Shown: positions 24,986 to 36,699 of the stretch, one piece after another
How positions within the stretch are numbered: the first letter of the stretch is position 1
Layout of the letters: each line of letters starts with the position of its first letter
Assembly: GCF_001447785.1 (NCBI RefSeq)
Contig: NW_015166462.1
Span: 442,116 to 502,143, forward strand
Length of the DNA stretch: 60,028 nucleotides
Source of the DNA: Gekko japonicus
Taxonomy: Eukaryota
Reading direction: 5' to 3'
Program-made: the position numbers and the translations under genes
Notes under the pieces: model-generated
Seen by the model: the letters and a program-made list of their open reading frames with translations, nothing else
Told to the model about the DNA's origin: nothing
Database searches by the model: none

Positions 24986-25867
24986 GGTGACCACGTACTT
25001 CTGCAGCTAGTATGTGTCCATGATCAAGCAAACACTCCTGCCAAAGGTTTCTTGTGCTAATGAGATGGAATGCAAGTACAAAACTCCCTCTTGGTCTATG
25101 GCCTTGAAACTCTCATGATCTCATTTGCACCTGTGTCCATATCATCCCTTATTTATCTGAATTGCAAATCATCATGAAATTAGTTTCCCAGAGAGGACCT
25201 TCCATAAATTACTAGGACCAAAAGCCTGAATCCAAGATTTTGAAAGGCCAAGAAATGGCCAGAAAAAGGTCAGTTTCATGACAGGATGTAATGCTGACTG
25301 CTGCTAACATCCTGGTTAATTAGAAACTGCAGCCATCATTGAAGTGAGTCAGCTTCTAAACCAATGTTCTGGCACTGCTCTTTCAACGAATCTGGTCATC
25401 TCATTTCAAAGAGGCTGGAGTTTAAATAGGTGCAGATAAAGGACAACCACAATTATCTCTCCTACAAGGAAAAGTTAAGGATTTAGAGCTTTTTCAGTTT
25501 AAAACCCCCCAAAACAATAACATCAAAAGCAGATGTGATTGAAGGAGAAAGTGAATAAAGAATCCCCTCCACTTTCCCTCAGTCATGGTTACCTGATGAA
25601 GTTGATGAGCGCAGACAGGTTTTTCTTTGCACAATGTATTCCCAACTTGTCTAATTTACTGCCATGTGTAGCCTTGGCCACGCCTTAGGTGGTTTTCAAG
25701 GGATTACACAAATTTGTGGAAGAAAAGCGTATCAATAGCTGTTAGCCAGGTGACCTGAATGCAACTTCCAGGTTTAGAGGTAGTATATCTTTTGAACCCC
25801 AGTGGCTGGAGGGCAACAACAGGGGAGAGCTGCTTCCTTCTGGCTGTGCTCATGGGCTTCCCATAAG

Positions 25868-26183
25868 CAGGGCTCTAGTCGGGGGGGGGGGGCTCTCAGG
25901 TACGGAGCTCCGGAAGAGAACCTCTAGGGGGCGGGGCGGTCACGTGGTGAAGCCCCGCCCCCTTCTTTACCCCGCCCTCTGCTTCGATCCTCATTCCGTT
26001 TGGGAATGAGGATGAAGCAGGAGGGTAAGTAGCCGGGCCTTCTGACACACTTCCGGTGATGTCAGGGGGTGTGGCCTTCTGTCACTTCCGGTGATGTCAG
26101 GGGGCGTGGCATATGCAAATAAGTTATGCTAATGAGTTATGCTAATGAGCTCCGGCAGCTCTTTTTCTACAACAAGACCCCTG
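25868..26183 (+). mobile_element. Young hAT MITE with OCT/KLF/ETS/GC-box cassette
   Basis: caggg...ccctg ends and perfect 8-bp TSD cccataag. Near-identical inverted copy at 57426-57738. Confidence 0.85.
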
Positions 26184-26637
26184 CCCATAAGCATCTGACT
26201 AGCCATTGTGGGAAACAGGACAGTGGCCCAGATGGATCCAGAAGAGCTCCTCTTGGCTTTTTACTATGCATCTTAATGTCCATACAAACTTCCCCTACCC
26301 AGAAACACAGAGACCTGAGATGAACCATTTGTTTATTTTTAGCTTTTTTTTCAAAATCCACCTTTCAGCCCCCCAATTCAGGCCCTTAGGATGGGTTTAC
26401 ATTATTTTCATACATAAAAATACAGTTATAAATACAATACAATATTAATAAAGGAACAGACCAGAGCCTTTGGGTTTTGAACAAATCTAATTTGTTATAT
26501 TTCTCTTTGGGCTTCACTATGTGCAGGGAAGTGGGTAGATTCAGGAGTAAGGTGGGTTACTTCACTAGCTCCTAACACCCGGTCTCTGTTTGTCCCAGAG
26601 CTGGCAGTTCAGACAATGCTTGGCAAGCCATGCCAGG

Positions 26638-27014
26638 TAGGGTTGCCAGCCTCCAGGCGAGGCCTGGAGATCTGGAATCACAACTGATCTCCAGAACACC
26701 GAGATCTGTTCCCCTGGAGAAAATTACAGCTTTGGAGGGTAGACTCTGTGGCAGGGGTGGCCAAACTGCAGCTTGGGAGCCACATGTGGCTCTTTTACAC
26801 AGTCTGATTTAATGTTAATAAAAAGCAAATGTGTGTGTAATATTTGTTCATGTCTTGTGGCTCTCAAACATCTGACGTTTATTCTGTGTGGCTGTTATGT
26901 TAAGCAAGTTTGGCCACCCCTGCTCTATGGCATTATACTCCACTGAGCTTCCTGACCTCCTCAGACCCCATCCTCAAATCTCCAGGAATTTCTCAACTCA
27001 GAGCTGGCAACCCT
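26638..27014. mobile_element. TAGGGTTGCCA-type MITE with a nested CAGGGGTGGCC MITE (~26752-26922)
   Basis: tagggttgccagc ... gctggcaaccct ends. The inner element is flanked by ctctgtgg/ctctatgg. Confidence 0.65.
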
Positions 27015-27526
27015 CAGATCAATGTCACAAACAGCACTTTTATGTCACCACCTCAAACACACAATGCCATTTAATTGTGAAAGCAGTGTCTAGCAGGCAG
27101 GGAGGCTTCCTCGTGAGCTGTAAGTCCAAGAGATCCCCGGGTTCCACCTGGAGGCTGGCATCCCTAGACTGGGAGCAGAGCTACACCTCCATCAGTGGGG
27201 TGGGCGGTAGGGATGCCAGCTCCAAGTCGGGAAACTCCTGGAGGTGGAGCCTAGGGAGGACAGGGACCTCAGTGGGGTACAAGGCCATAGAGTGCACCCT
27301 CCAGAGCAGCCATTTTCTCCATGCGGACTGATCTCTGTACTCTGGAGCTAAGCTGTAATTCCAGGGGATCCCCAGGTCCCACCTGGAGGCTGGCATCCCT
27401 AGTGGGAGCAGCTCTACACCTCCATCAGTAACCTAGCCAGCCATTTCAAAGAAACACATTTGCAAGGGCAGTCTTCCTTGTGGTGCTAAGTGAATCAACG
27501 CTGTGGAGGCATTTGTACATCTTAAA

Positions 27527-27852
27527 CAGAGGTCATTTCGGGGGGGAACGCGGGGGATTGCAGTTCCCCCGGGTGAGGTACGGGGGGCGGGGCACATGAC
27601 GAAGCCCCGCCCCCTGCTTCCGGCCCTCATTTAGCCAGGAGGAGGCAGGAGAAGAGGGAGGGTAAGTTGCTTCCTCCCCGCCTCTCCCCACCCCTGCCTG
27701 CCTGGTGCCAGGGAGGGCCTTCGCGGGGCTTCCTCGCACTCCCGCCGGCCTTGCAGGTCCACCGCCAGGCCCCTGATGTCAGGGGGTGTGGCATATGCTA
27801 ATGAGTTATGCTAATGAGTTCCCCTAGCTCTTTTTCTACGAAACGACTCCTG
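27527..27852 (+). mobile_element. hAT MITE related to 25868-26183
   Basis: Shared gggtgtggcatatgctaatgagttatgctaatgag block and gggtaagt; flanks atcttaaa/attcttaaa. Confidence 0.75.
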
Positions 27853-28644
27853 ATTCTTAAATGAGGCACTAAAATAAAACAAAGAGCCCTCATGTAGCAT
27901 GAGCTGTGGTTTAACTTATGTCCCACAAGGTGTTTGGGGGGGGGGGGACACACCACAGCTGCCACGAACAAATATTTCATGGAGTATTGCACCAAACCAA
28001 TCCAACAACACGAGTTTCCATAACTCATTTTCCTTATTTCCAAAGGTTCATATCTCTGTGCCCAGGAAAAGGAAAAGAAAAACAGAGATGCGATAGCATG
28101 TTTTCATTTAATCCATCTGCAGTCTTTGCGCAGCCAAGGCCTTGAGGCCCTTCTTAACAAAGATTCTGCTTGTAACAACCCAACTGTGCGCTCAAGGTGG
28201 TCTCCATGGCAACACAGATAACTTGGAGGTCTGGGCATACAAGAGAGCCCTGGAGGTAGTTCAAGGCAAGAGGCCAGCTCTGTTTCGAATACCCTCTTCC
28301 TCCCACTTCATGTCTCTCTCTCTCATGCAGTTTGCTGGAAAGGAGGCAGGGAGCTCCTCTGAAGGGAAATAATGTTGCTGGGTGGAAATTTGCCAGTGTG
28401 GACACAACATAGCCTCAATAAAACAGGGTGCCATCTTTTACAGAGCTAGTCAGACTTCAGAGCCAACACACTGCTTTGATCTGTAGTGTTGCTGGAGGGG
28501 AGAACTGGACGGGGAGTGGAGGGAAATGCTCAGAGTTGTACGAGCTGACAGAGGAAGAAAATGGCAAAAGTTAGCTTTCTTAATCACCAGCGGCAACTTG
28601 AATTACAGTAGACCAATTGAGGAGGGGAGGGAGAGAAAGGGGGG

Positions 28645-28842
28645 GTGGCCATCAAGTCACAGCTGATTTATGGCCACCTAACTAGGGTTTTCAAGGCAAG
28701 AGACATTCAGAGGTGGTTTGCCGTTGCCTGACTTTAGGTTGTGACCCTAGATGTGCTTGGTGGTCTCCCATCCAAATACTGATCAGGGCTGACGCCGCTT
28801 AGCTTATGAGATCTGACAAGATCAGGCTAGCCTGGGCTAACC
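28645..28842 (-). mobile_element. 5S rRNA-derived SINE
   Basis: Reverse complement reads cctgatcttgtcagatctcataagctaagc...agtatttggatgggagaccaccaag, which resembles the 5S internal promoter region. Confidence 0.75.
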
Positions 28843-30851
28843 AGTCACTGTGAGTAATTTTAGAGGAATATTTATCTACACCTCCCTTTCTCCTGACTAC
28901 CTATGAAGAAACATAGGAATGGCTGCAAAAATCTCAGCAGTGTGTATGATCTGGTGGCAAAAACAGAGTTCTTAGAATCTTGGCCTTCATTTTAAAACAT
29001 GGAAATGTCATGATTTGAGTTTGCATGAGTCTAGAGCTGGAGTGGGAGACTGTGTGGATACCACACCACATCGCCAGTTTTAATTGGCAGGTCTATTGCA
29101 CGTGGACATTCTCTGTCACTCACACAAGCATGCAAACACATTTCCTATTATGCACAATCATTTCCCCTCTCACACAAACAAAAGCCACACTTACACTCAA
29201 GCTATCTGCATGCCCACTCTTGGTGCTTAAAGGAGACACCCAAAAAGTATTACCTACAAAACAGGAGATTTGTATATATAAAGACCGCACAGGTCACATA
29301 AACTCACATCCTCTACTTTTTTGGAAAGGTAAAGGATGCATGCATGTGTTGTTGGATGCTACGTTATCTTGTTGGGACAACAAGCACTGAATGAATGCAA
29401 CCAACACATTCCTTTCCCCCATGCCATGGGTCCTCCTATTTAGCGTCTATTTGGGGCTCACTTCATTCATTTCTTGAGACTGAATCCACAAGGCAGCTAC
29501 TCCACCAGATGGGCCATCTGTAAGCAAACCCTGCAGACTGACCTGCTGTTTTCTCTGTGCTTCCGGAAACCAGTGGCAGGAATGTTTTCTGATTCCAAGG
29601 AGAGTGATGGTGCGCATGAATGGCTTGCTACATAAAATAGCTACCACATGGATTCAGTCGAGAGCCATTTCCACACTGTACATTGTCAATGTGGAAAGGA
29701 CCTTGAATAAAGCTTGTGCCAAAGAACTGAAAAGAAGCAGTGTATCCAATCCATGTTCATGGACAAAATGGGGATGCTGATCATGGTGACAGTGAAAGCA
29801 AAAGAAAATTAGCTGTTCCCAATTAACAGAATGCAAGGATATGACCCTGAATACAAGGCACTGGCTGTTTGGGCAACTATGTCACTCTGTAGATCTTGGT
29901 TGGTATCAAGCAAAGCGTCCGACAGGCAAAAGAAAGGCAACTCAGCCCAGCTCACAGTTTACAGAACATATTCATTATCCACCTATCTGTGCAAGCTAGT
30001 TTTAGAATTACAGCTCACAGGACATTCCGGCACAGTTCCCTTGGTTCTGAAGGAACCAACCGTCTTGAAGTCTGGGACCAAGAGTCTAGACTTTTGGTAT
30101 TAGAAGTGGTGCAGAATTCAAGAGTTTCCCTTTTGCCGTGCCTTTTAGCAACTCACACCTCCCTCTTTGAACATCACCATCCTGAATTCTTTCCACCTGC
30201 AGCATCCATCAACTACACGTTGAGAGCCCTTTTGCCTGCCTGTAATCAGGGCCATGGCTCTCAAAGTGTGGGACAGGATCCTGTAAGCAGGTATTAATCA
30301 AGCTCAAGACCCTCCTAGACTTTTCTCCCAAAATATCTTCAGTGGTATCTCGAACTGGGCCAGGAATCAGAGCGGCAACCCTTTTTTTGTCAACAGTGTC
30401 TGTTTGGAACAGCCCTCTTGTTCTTTTTCAGAGCTTGGGTTACCTGACCTTACAGGATGTTGTCTAAATCGGCACCATCCCTCTTCTTTTCAATTTGCTG
30501 TTTGTTAAAGAGAAATAAAGAATACAGATTGGAAGCTGACTCCTCTGTTGGCCTGACATTACAGGGAGGATTCCTTGTTTGGCTTTGGAAGGCTAAAAAC
30601 CCTTGGGATAATGGCATCTTTGCTTGCACTCCAGAATTCAGATTATTTGATATGGTTTCCTGCTCAACCACAAAGAGCTCTGGGAAATGTAGTTTTGGGA
30701 AGGGTTTAGGGCAGTCTATTGGAGAATCTTCTACACCCTCCTAAAATAATACATTTCCAAAGTTAATTGAGAGAGGCCACTCCATTTAAAGTTGGTGCTG
30801 TAGATGTAGTTTTGGCACATCTGTCCTTATTAGCCATGATTTTGTCTCAAG

Positions 30852-31207
30852 CAGGGCTCTTTGTAGAAAAAGCCCAGCAGGAATTCATTAGTATAATAGG
30901 CCACACCCAACAGCAGGAACTCATTAGCACATTAGGCCGCACCCCCATGTTACCAGAAGTGTGGTTATCCAGCCACACCCACCTTTTGCTTCTTATTCTG
31001 TTTACCTTGTTTGTTGTCAAAACCCAGGGCTTTTTTGTAGCAGGAACTCCTTTGCATGTTAGGCCACACACCCCTAATGTAGCCAATCCTGATGAGTTTC
31101 TGTTGTTGGGTGTGGCCTATTATGCTAATGAGTTCCTGCTGGGCGTGGCCAACTTGGGAGCCAGCCGGAACTCCGTTCCTGTGCGTTCCTGCCCAAAAAT
31201 AGCCCTG
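30852..31207. mobile_element. hAT MITE with repeated gggtgtggcc-tatgctaatgag units
   Basis: cagggct...agccctg ends; inverted subterminal repeat arrays. Confidence 0.75.
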
Positions 31208-31477
31208 GTCAAGGCATATGTGACACTCAAGCATAGCAATGGCCTAACACCACAATCCTGCATTTAAAGGCATGCCAGACCAGCGGCATTTACTTGTACA
31301 TGAGCATGCTTAAGAATGATATGATATGCCAACTTCACCTCCCCATATTATGAAGGAGGAACAAGACAGACGTCTGGGCAATCAGGAAGGGAACACTGGA
31401 TTCAAACTCTTCTCCACTTTTTATATATTTATCTCATGAATGTGTTTAGTACATTTGTGAACCACCTTTCTGCCAAA

Positions 31478-31760
31478 GAAGAAGAGAGGAGATTGGATTT
31501 ATACCCCGCCCTTCACTACCCAAAGGTGTCTCAGAGCGGCTTACAAACTCCTTTCCTTTCCCCTCCCCCACAACAGACACCCTATGAGGTAGGTGGGGCT
31601 GAGAGAGCTCTGACAGAAACTGCTCTTTTTTCAAGAACAGCTCTTATCAGAACTACGGCTTGCCCAAGGTCATCCAGCCAGGTGCAAGTGGAGGAGTGGG
31701 GAATCAAACCCAGTTCTCCCAGATTAGAGTCCACATACTTAACCACTACACCAAATTGGC
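31478..31760 (-). mobile_element. Squam3-type SINE
   Basis: Reverse-complement copy of the 106-355 element, with a (GAA)n-type tail. Confidence 0.8.
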
Positions 31761-32578
31761 TCCTAAGCACCTAAGGCAGTTAAATACTTCTTCATTCTTT
31801 CACTTCCTCTTAGATATGAATCCAGCTGGGTCTTAGCTGATTCCTTAGGATTCTGCATCGCCCTCCAACATCTGCTGAGAAGCACATAAAAGGAGGTATA
31901 CAACTCCATGTGTGCCGAGCGTGTCTGCTCCCTTTCTGTCACATTCTAGGCACAGATATTATCAGTATGAACAACCGGGGTGCTTTTGAAACTTAGGCTG
32001 CCTTTCTTAGGAATTGGGGGGGGGGGGGGAGGAGACCACTTCTCTTTTGTATATGTTAATTCATTGAAATGTATGCAAATAGAAAACATTCCATTGGATG
32101 GAGAATAATCTTTTTTTTTAAAGCAGTTAGGAGGGGGGGTCAATAATTTTACAGATGTCCACTATGTATCAAAGTTTTGTTTGGTACAATTGGGGAGGGG
32201 GCTTTCTTCTCAGAAAATTGCAACATACTGAAAGAGCAAAATCTCCAGTTGCTCTTGCTCCACCCTGTTACAGATTACAGAATATAATGTCCGATATGGC
32301 CCCTCCGATCCCTGAATAGCTCTGGGATGTCATGATACAACTGCTGGAAGGAGGAGCATTTCCACCGTCAGCATGCTCCAGTCCGTCATTCCAACCACTG
32401 GAATGTCAAGGTCCGCGGCATTCTAGAGCAGTTCTAAGAAGGTGCTCCATCCTCAGTCTTGTGGCTTCCTTTGACACAAGCCATGGAAGGGGCATTTACA
32501 GAGATTTAAGCCCCTATGGGAAATTGCAGTTCATCCCTCAGTCCGGCTTCTTCACTGGTACCCCCAGTATCTGCATAT

Positions 32579-33694
32579 TTATGGGGGCTGGATCTGAAGT
32601 TTGTCTTTGTCCTTAACAGGTTCCGTTTCTGGCAGATGTGACATGGCTACAGGTGTGCCTCCTGCTCCGCCTTCTTCAGGTTCCCCCCAGTGGCTGCCAT
32701 CCCCAACCCAGTCCTCCACGGCGTCATTGGTCCAGCCACTGTCAAGCTCCTCTGCCCCCCAGTCCCCAGTCCCTGCCACTTCTGATTCCCAGTCCCCTGC
32801 CATAGTCCAACTGCCGCCTCCCTCCTCGACAGAGCGCTGGTAGTAGGTCTCGCGGGCATGTTTGCGCTTGGCGTGCCGACGGAGGGTGTTGCGCTCTGTG
32901 AAGCGCAGCCGGCAAATCTGGCACTGGTACGGCTTCTCCCCTGTGTGCACCCGCTGGTGGCGCAGGAGCTCGCCGGATTCGCGGAAGCCCTTGCGGCAGA
33001 CGGGGCAGCTGAAGGGCCGCTCGCCGGTGTGGATGTGCTTGTGCCGCTGGAGGTGCGAGGAGCGTTTGAACGCCTTGCCACACTCCCGGCACACGTACGG
33101 CTTGCTCTCCGAGTGGGTGATGCTGTGGCGCTCCAAGTCCGATTGGTACAGGAACGTCCGTAGGCAGATCGGACAGAAGTACAGCTGCCGTGGTGGTGGA
33201 GCCGCTGCCAACAGCTCGGGCTCTGAAGATTGCACCTGCCCGGCCAGCTCCACCTCCTGCCGGGATACCGTGTGAGGCACCCCTTCCGCATCGATCAGCA
33301 CCAAGGAGCCCTCATCGGTTGCGTCTCCGTCTCCCAGCTGGCCACGATGCTTGGCAGCAGAAGGCTGGATGCTGGACCGCCCCCCTCTGTGTCTGGTCAG
33401 TGCTGAGTGCAGTTTTGGCCCCCACAGGGCAATGCTGTAGATCTCAGGATGGGAGGGCCGGTCCTCTAGTCCAATATGGTTCTGGGGGATATCATTATTG
33501 AGCGGTGCCTGCGTGTAGTGGGCCCAAGGAACTGGGGGGCAGGTTTCTATCACCTGGTGCTCAAGCCCGATGCCGCCATGGCTTTCCGCTCTTGGCCAAC
33601 TACTCCCGCTGGGCACCAGCACCCGAGCCTTTGCCTGCAGCTCCACTGGATGCCCATCACCCCTCTCGACATGCCACCTGTGAGATGGCTCCAT
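32579..33694 (-). CDS. ZNF524: Zinc finger protein 524, single coding exon, 4 C2H2 fingers
   Basis: Intact 371-aa ORF. The fingers FCPICLRTFLYQSDLERHSITH through YQCQICRLRFTERNTLRRHAKRKH and the LVLIDAEGVPHTVS motif match ZNF524 as recalled. It lies upstream of ZNF865 on the same strand, as in mammals. Acceptor ttctcccatctccacag, exon starts 33736. Confidence 0.92.
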   Translation of the reverse strand: MEPSHRWHVERGDGHPVELQAKARVLVPSGSSWPRAESHGGIGLEHQVIETCPPVPWAHYTQAPLNNDIPQNHIGLEDRPSHPEIYSIALWGPKLHSALTRHRGGRSSIQPSAAKHRGQLGDGDATDEGSLVLIDAEGVPHTVSRQEVELAGQVQSSEPELLAAAPPPRQLYFCPICLRTFLYQSDLERHSITHSESKPYVCRECGKAFKRSSHLQRHKHIHTGERPFSCPVCRKGFRESGELLRHQRVHTGEKPYQCQICRLRFTERNTLRRHAKRKHARETYYQRSVEEGGGSWTMAGDWESEVAGTGDWGAEELDSGWTNDAVEDWVGDGSHWGEPEEGGAGGTPVAMSHLPETEPVKDKDKLQIQPP

Positions 33695-35084
33695 CGGGCA
33701 CCAGGAACAAGAGCGCGTTCAGCTACACGGACATTGCTGTGGAGATGGGAGAACAGTGAGAACCACACACAAGCCCACCTGGAAGCATTCCCACCCCAGA
33801 AATGCATTCCATCATCTTAGGGGCAAAACCTCTATGACCTTTCCACTTCAAGCCACGAGAACATATCGGCGTATGATTGCCAGAAGGCTAGCTGAACCAA
33901 ACTATAGCAGCAAAAAGCAGTCTGAAGCAATGTTCTGCAACGCTTACTTAGGAGAAAGTCTCATTAAACTCATCAGATTTCAATTTCACAGTAAATGCAT
34001 GGAAATTAAGCTATGAATAAACTTTGAAACTAGAGAATAAACTCCTCTGACACTTTCTCCAAAGTGGGCTACAAATCTAAATGAAAGAGCTTATGTTGTG
34101 TGATAGTATGTACATACACACATCTGCCTTAAATCTGTGTATGCCATTATTTTAATACATACACAGAATTTAGGGATGATTATGCACTTAAACATGGATG
34201 TAACTGTGGACAATGTATGTGCAATCTCAATGGGATGCAGAGATTTTATGTATGGTGTCTTTCTTTGTCAATGCAAATGTGTGTGTGTACAATGCCTACA
34301 ACACATTTAGGAGCATAATCAGATACCCAAACATGCATGGGAATGGTTATACGTGCACTGTGGCATTTGCCCTTGGGTGCTTCCCAAGTATGTATGCTGT
34401 CACCACCAAATCTATGAATTTAGTTCCATTTAACACTGGTAACACAGATTAGCTCTCCTTTAACCATTGTGCCATCAATCAGGTTGGCTGAAGACTGCCT
34501 TCATGCATGCTTTCAGTCTGTGCATGTGGATGAAGTGGGAATTACAAACTGCATGCACAATCATAAGGAACCACAACAAGTAGTTATTCTAGACCAATTA
34601 AAAGAAAACAGAGGAATGCGATGGGGTGGGGGGAAGATGGCATCTATCACTGACTTAAGAGGTGAGGGTGGACGTGGATAGATATAGAAATTGTTACGTG
34701 TGTCCAATGCTTGTGTCCTTTACTCTGAAGGTTTGTGCAAACATGAACAATTCTGCAACATAAGTGATACTTCTTGCAAGTACAATGGGATGGTTCACAG
34801 ATGTTAAGGGGTCACTAATCCATACTGCATGTTTAGAAGAATTGACATGTGCCCTAAAAATAATTCTCACAGAACTCTCAACATTCCCTCAGGGCTTTGC
34901 CATCTACTCTCAAGAGATGGTGGCTGTTAGCAGAAGTAAGTCATCTGTTGGGCACTCTCTCTAGCCACTTGCATCTACTGAGAGAGACACACATAGCAGC
35001 CATCTCACAGTACGGCCGCCAAGCACGAGAGCTTAGAGCTTAAATTTGCCATTCGGCTCCAGAACCCATTTTCAACCTTGTTAC

Positions 35085-35188
35085 CTCTTTGTCCAGATCA
35101 TTCTCCCAGTCCCATAAATACCCTTTCCATGCTCTGCTTTCCCAGTTTTACAGAAATATGCTCAAATACAGATTGGAATCCACTAGCA
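35085..35188 (-). other. Possible internal non-coding 5'UTR exon of ZNF524
   Basis: Minus-strand acceptor-like aaaatttcattgtag and donor-like GAG|gtaaca bracket ~104 nt. Motif evidence only. Confidence 0.25.
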
Positions 35189-35929
35189 CTACAATGAAAT
35201 TTTGCACAAATCCAAGATTTCAGACTATTAATTGGCATTTTCAAATTCTCCTTTTGAAATTCAACTCTGACAAATACTTTAAAAAATACAAGTCCTGCTG
35301 GTTCATTTTAAGACAGTTATGTATCTTATTGCACATTTTATGCTTCTTCTAAAAGATTTAGAAATCTACATTTTCCAGTATCTTACATTAAAAATGCTCA
35401 AGAGGAAAATGAACACACACAAGAATTGAACAGGAATAGAGATCTGGCCTATGACTTTATGAACTGGGAAAAGAGATCCCCCACCCCAATTCATTTAAGC
35501 TACAGGTTGGAACCCTGAGAAAGGAACCATGCACCACTTCCAGCTAAATGCATGTGGTCAAGCATTGGTCAACACAACCACCAGCTTCACTGCTTCACCT
35601 GAATGGAGCCTTTGGCAGTGCTCTGACAATGAACCTTCCAGAACCTTGTGTCAGATTCTGGAAGGCTCCCTCTCATGTGTTTTACTTGGGGACTGGCTTT
35701 GCTCCACAAGGAGGGAGAGAGGACCTCTGGGCTTGTGATGAGTGCCCTTCCCTCACCCTTTTAATCTCCACAAGCCACCCTTCCAAGCACTTGACATTTT
35801 GAGGGGAGGAGTGGCGGGGGAAGCCAAAGTAAATAAAAAATAAAGGGCTTCCAAAAAGGTTTGGCTCCCAGCATACTGAAAGGGAAAACTGAGCCAGGTC
35901 TAACCCATTGTCCGTTCCTTAAACACGAA

Positions 35930-36530
35930 AAGAATGGCTAAAAGGAGCGGATACGTAGCCGTTGCCACTGTCTGCCATCCATCTCGCCCCGCCAGCACTG
36001 CCGCGGCTTCCTTCTTCTGCCCCCAGCCTGCCAACGAGAGCCCAAAAGCTTCGATCTTCCACCGTCTCCCAACACCCCCTGTCTCTCTGGGCTGTTACCC
36101 ACCCAGCCCAGGCGGCCGCCGTTACCTGTTTTGCATCGTGATCTGCTGCAGCTGGTGGTTTCAATGGGCCAGCAGCGGGTGGGGAGAAGATGAGCGTCCG
36201 GTGGGGGGAAACCTCTCGCCGCCCGGCCGCTGCAGAACAAAAGAGGCTGGCCGGCCTTAGCTGGGCATCCGGGAGGCGCACGGACCCAGCAGCTGGACCG
36301 AGCCGAGAGGGCGATTCCTCCACTCCCAGGCGGCGGCTCCCGGGTCCCTGCGCCGCCGGATACGTAGGGCTCAGGGCAAGCAAAGCGACGGTGGTCGGAG
36401 CTATGAATCTCAGGGGGTGGCCCTGTGTCTTTAAGAACTGGCCTGCTTTTCCCGGTCGAGGTCCTACAGAGACGGGAGAAGCTGCACTGGGCAGAATTTC
36501 CCCTTCCCGGTAGCTCTTATACTGGCGCGG
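35930..36530 (-). promoter_or_regulatory. ZNF524: CpG-island promoter and non-coding exon 1 of ZNF524; candidate donor near 36125
   Basis: CpG-rich island 2.2 kb upstream of the coding exon, with minus-strand CAG|gtaacg at ~36120-36128. Confidence 0.65.
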
Positions 36531-36699
36531 GATGGCATGACAGTTCTGGTTTGGCACGCACTTTGGCAAAAAAGGGTGTCAATATTGTCCCATTCTTAAC
36601 AGCACCAAACCTCAAGGTTTAGACAAACCTTCAAGGGTTTCCCCCCTTTCCCCATCGTACGTTTAAGCATGCCATTGGGCTACAACGACAGTAGATTAA

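Larger units (their letters stand above)
23505..25283 (-). mobile_element. Solo LTR containing nested MITEs and Bov-B
   Basis: tgtca...tgaca ends, 5-bp TSD ggatg (23500-23504, 25284-25288), minus-strand AATAAA near 23760. Confidence 0.7.
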
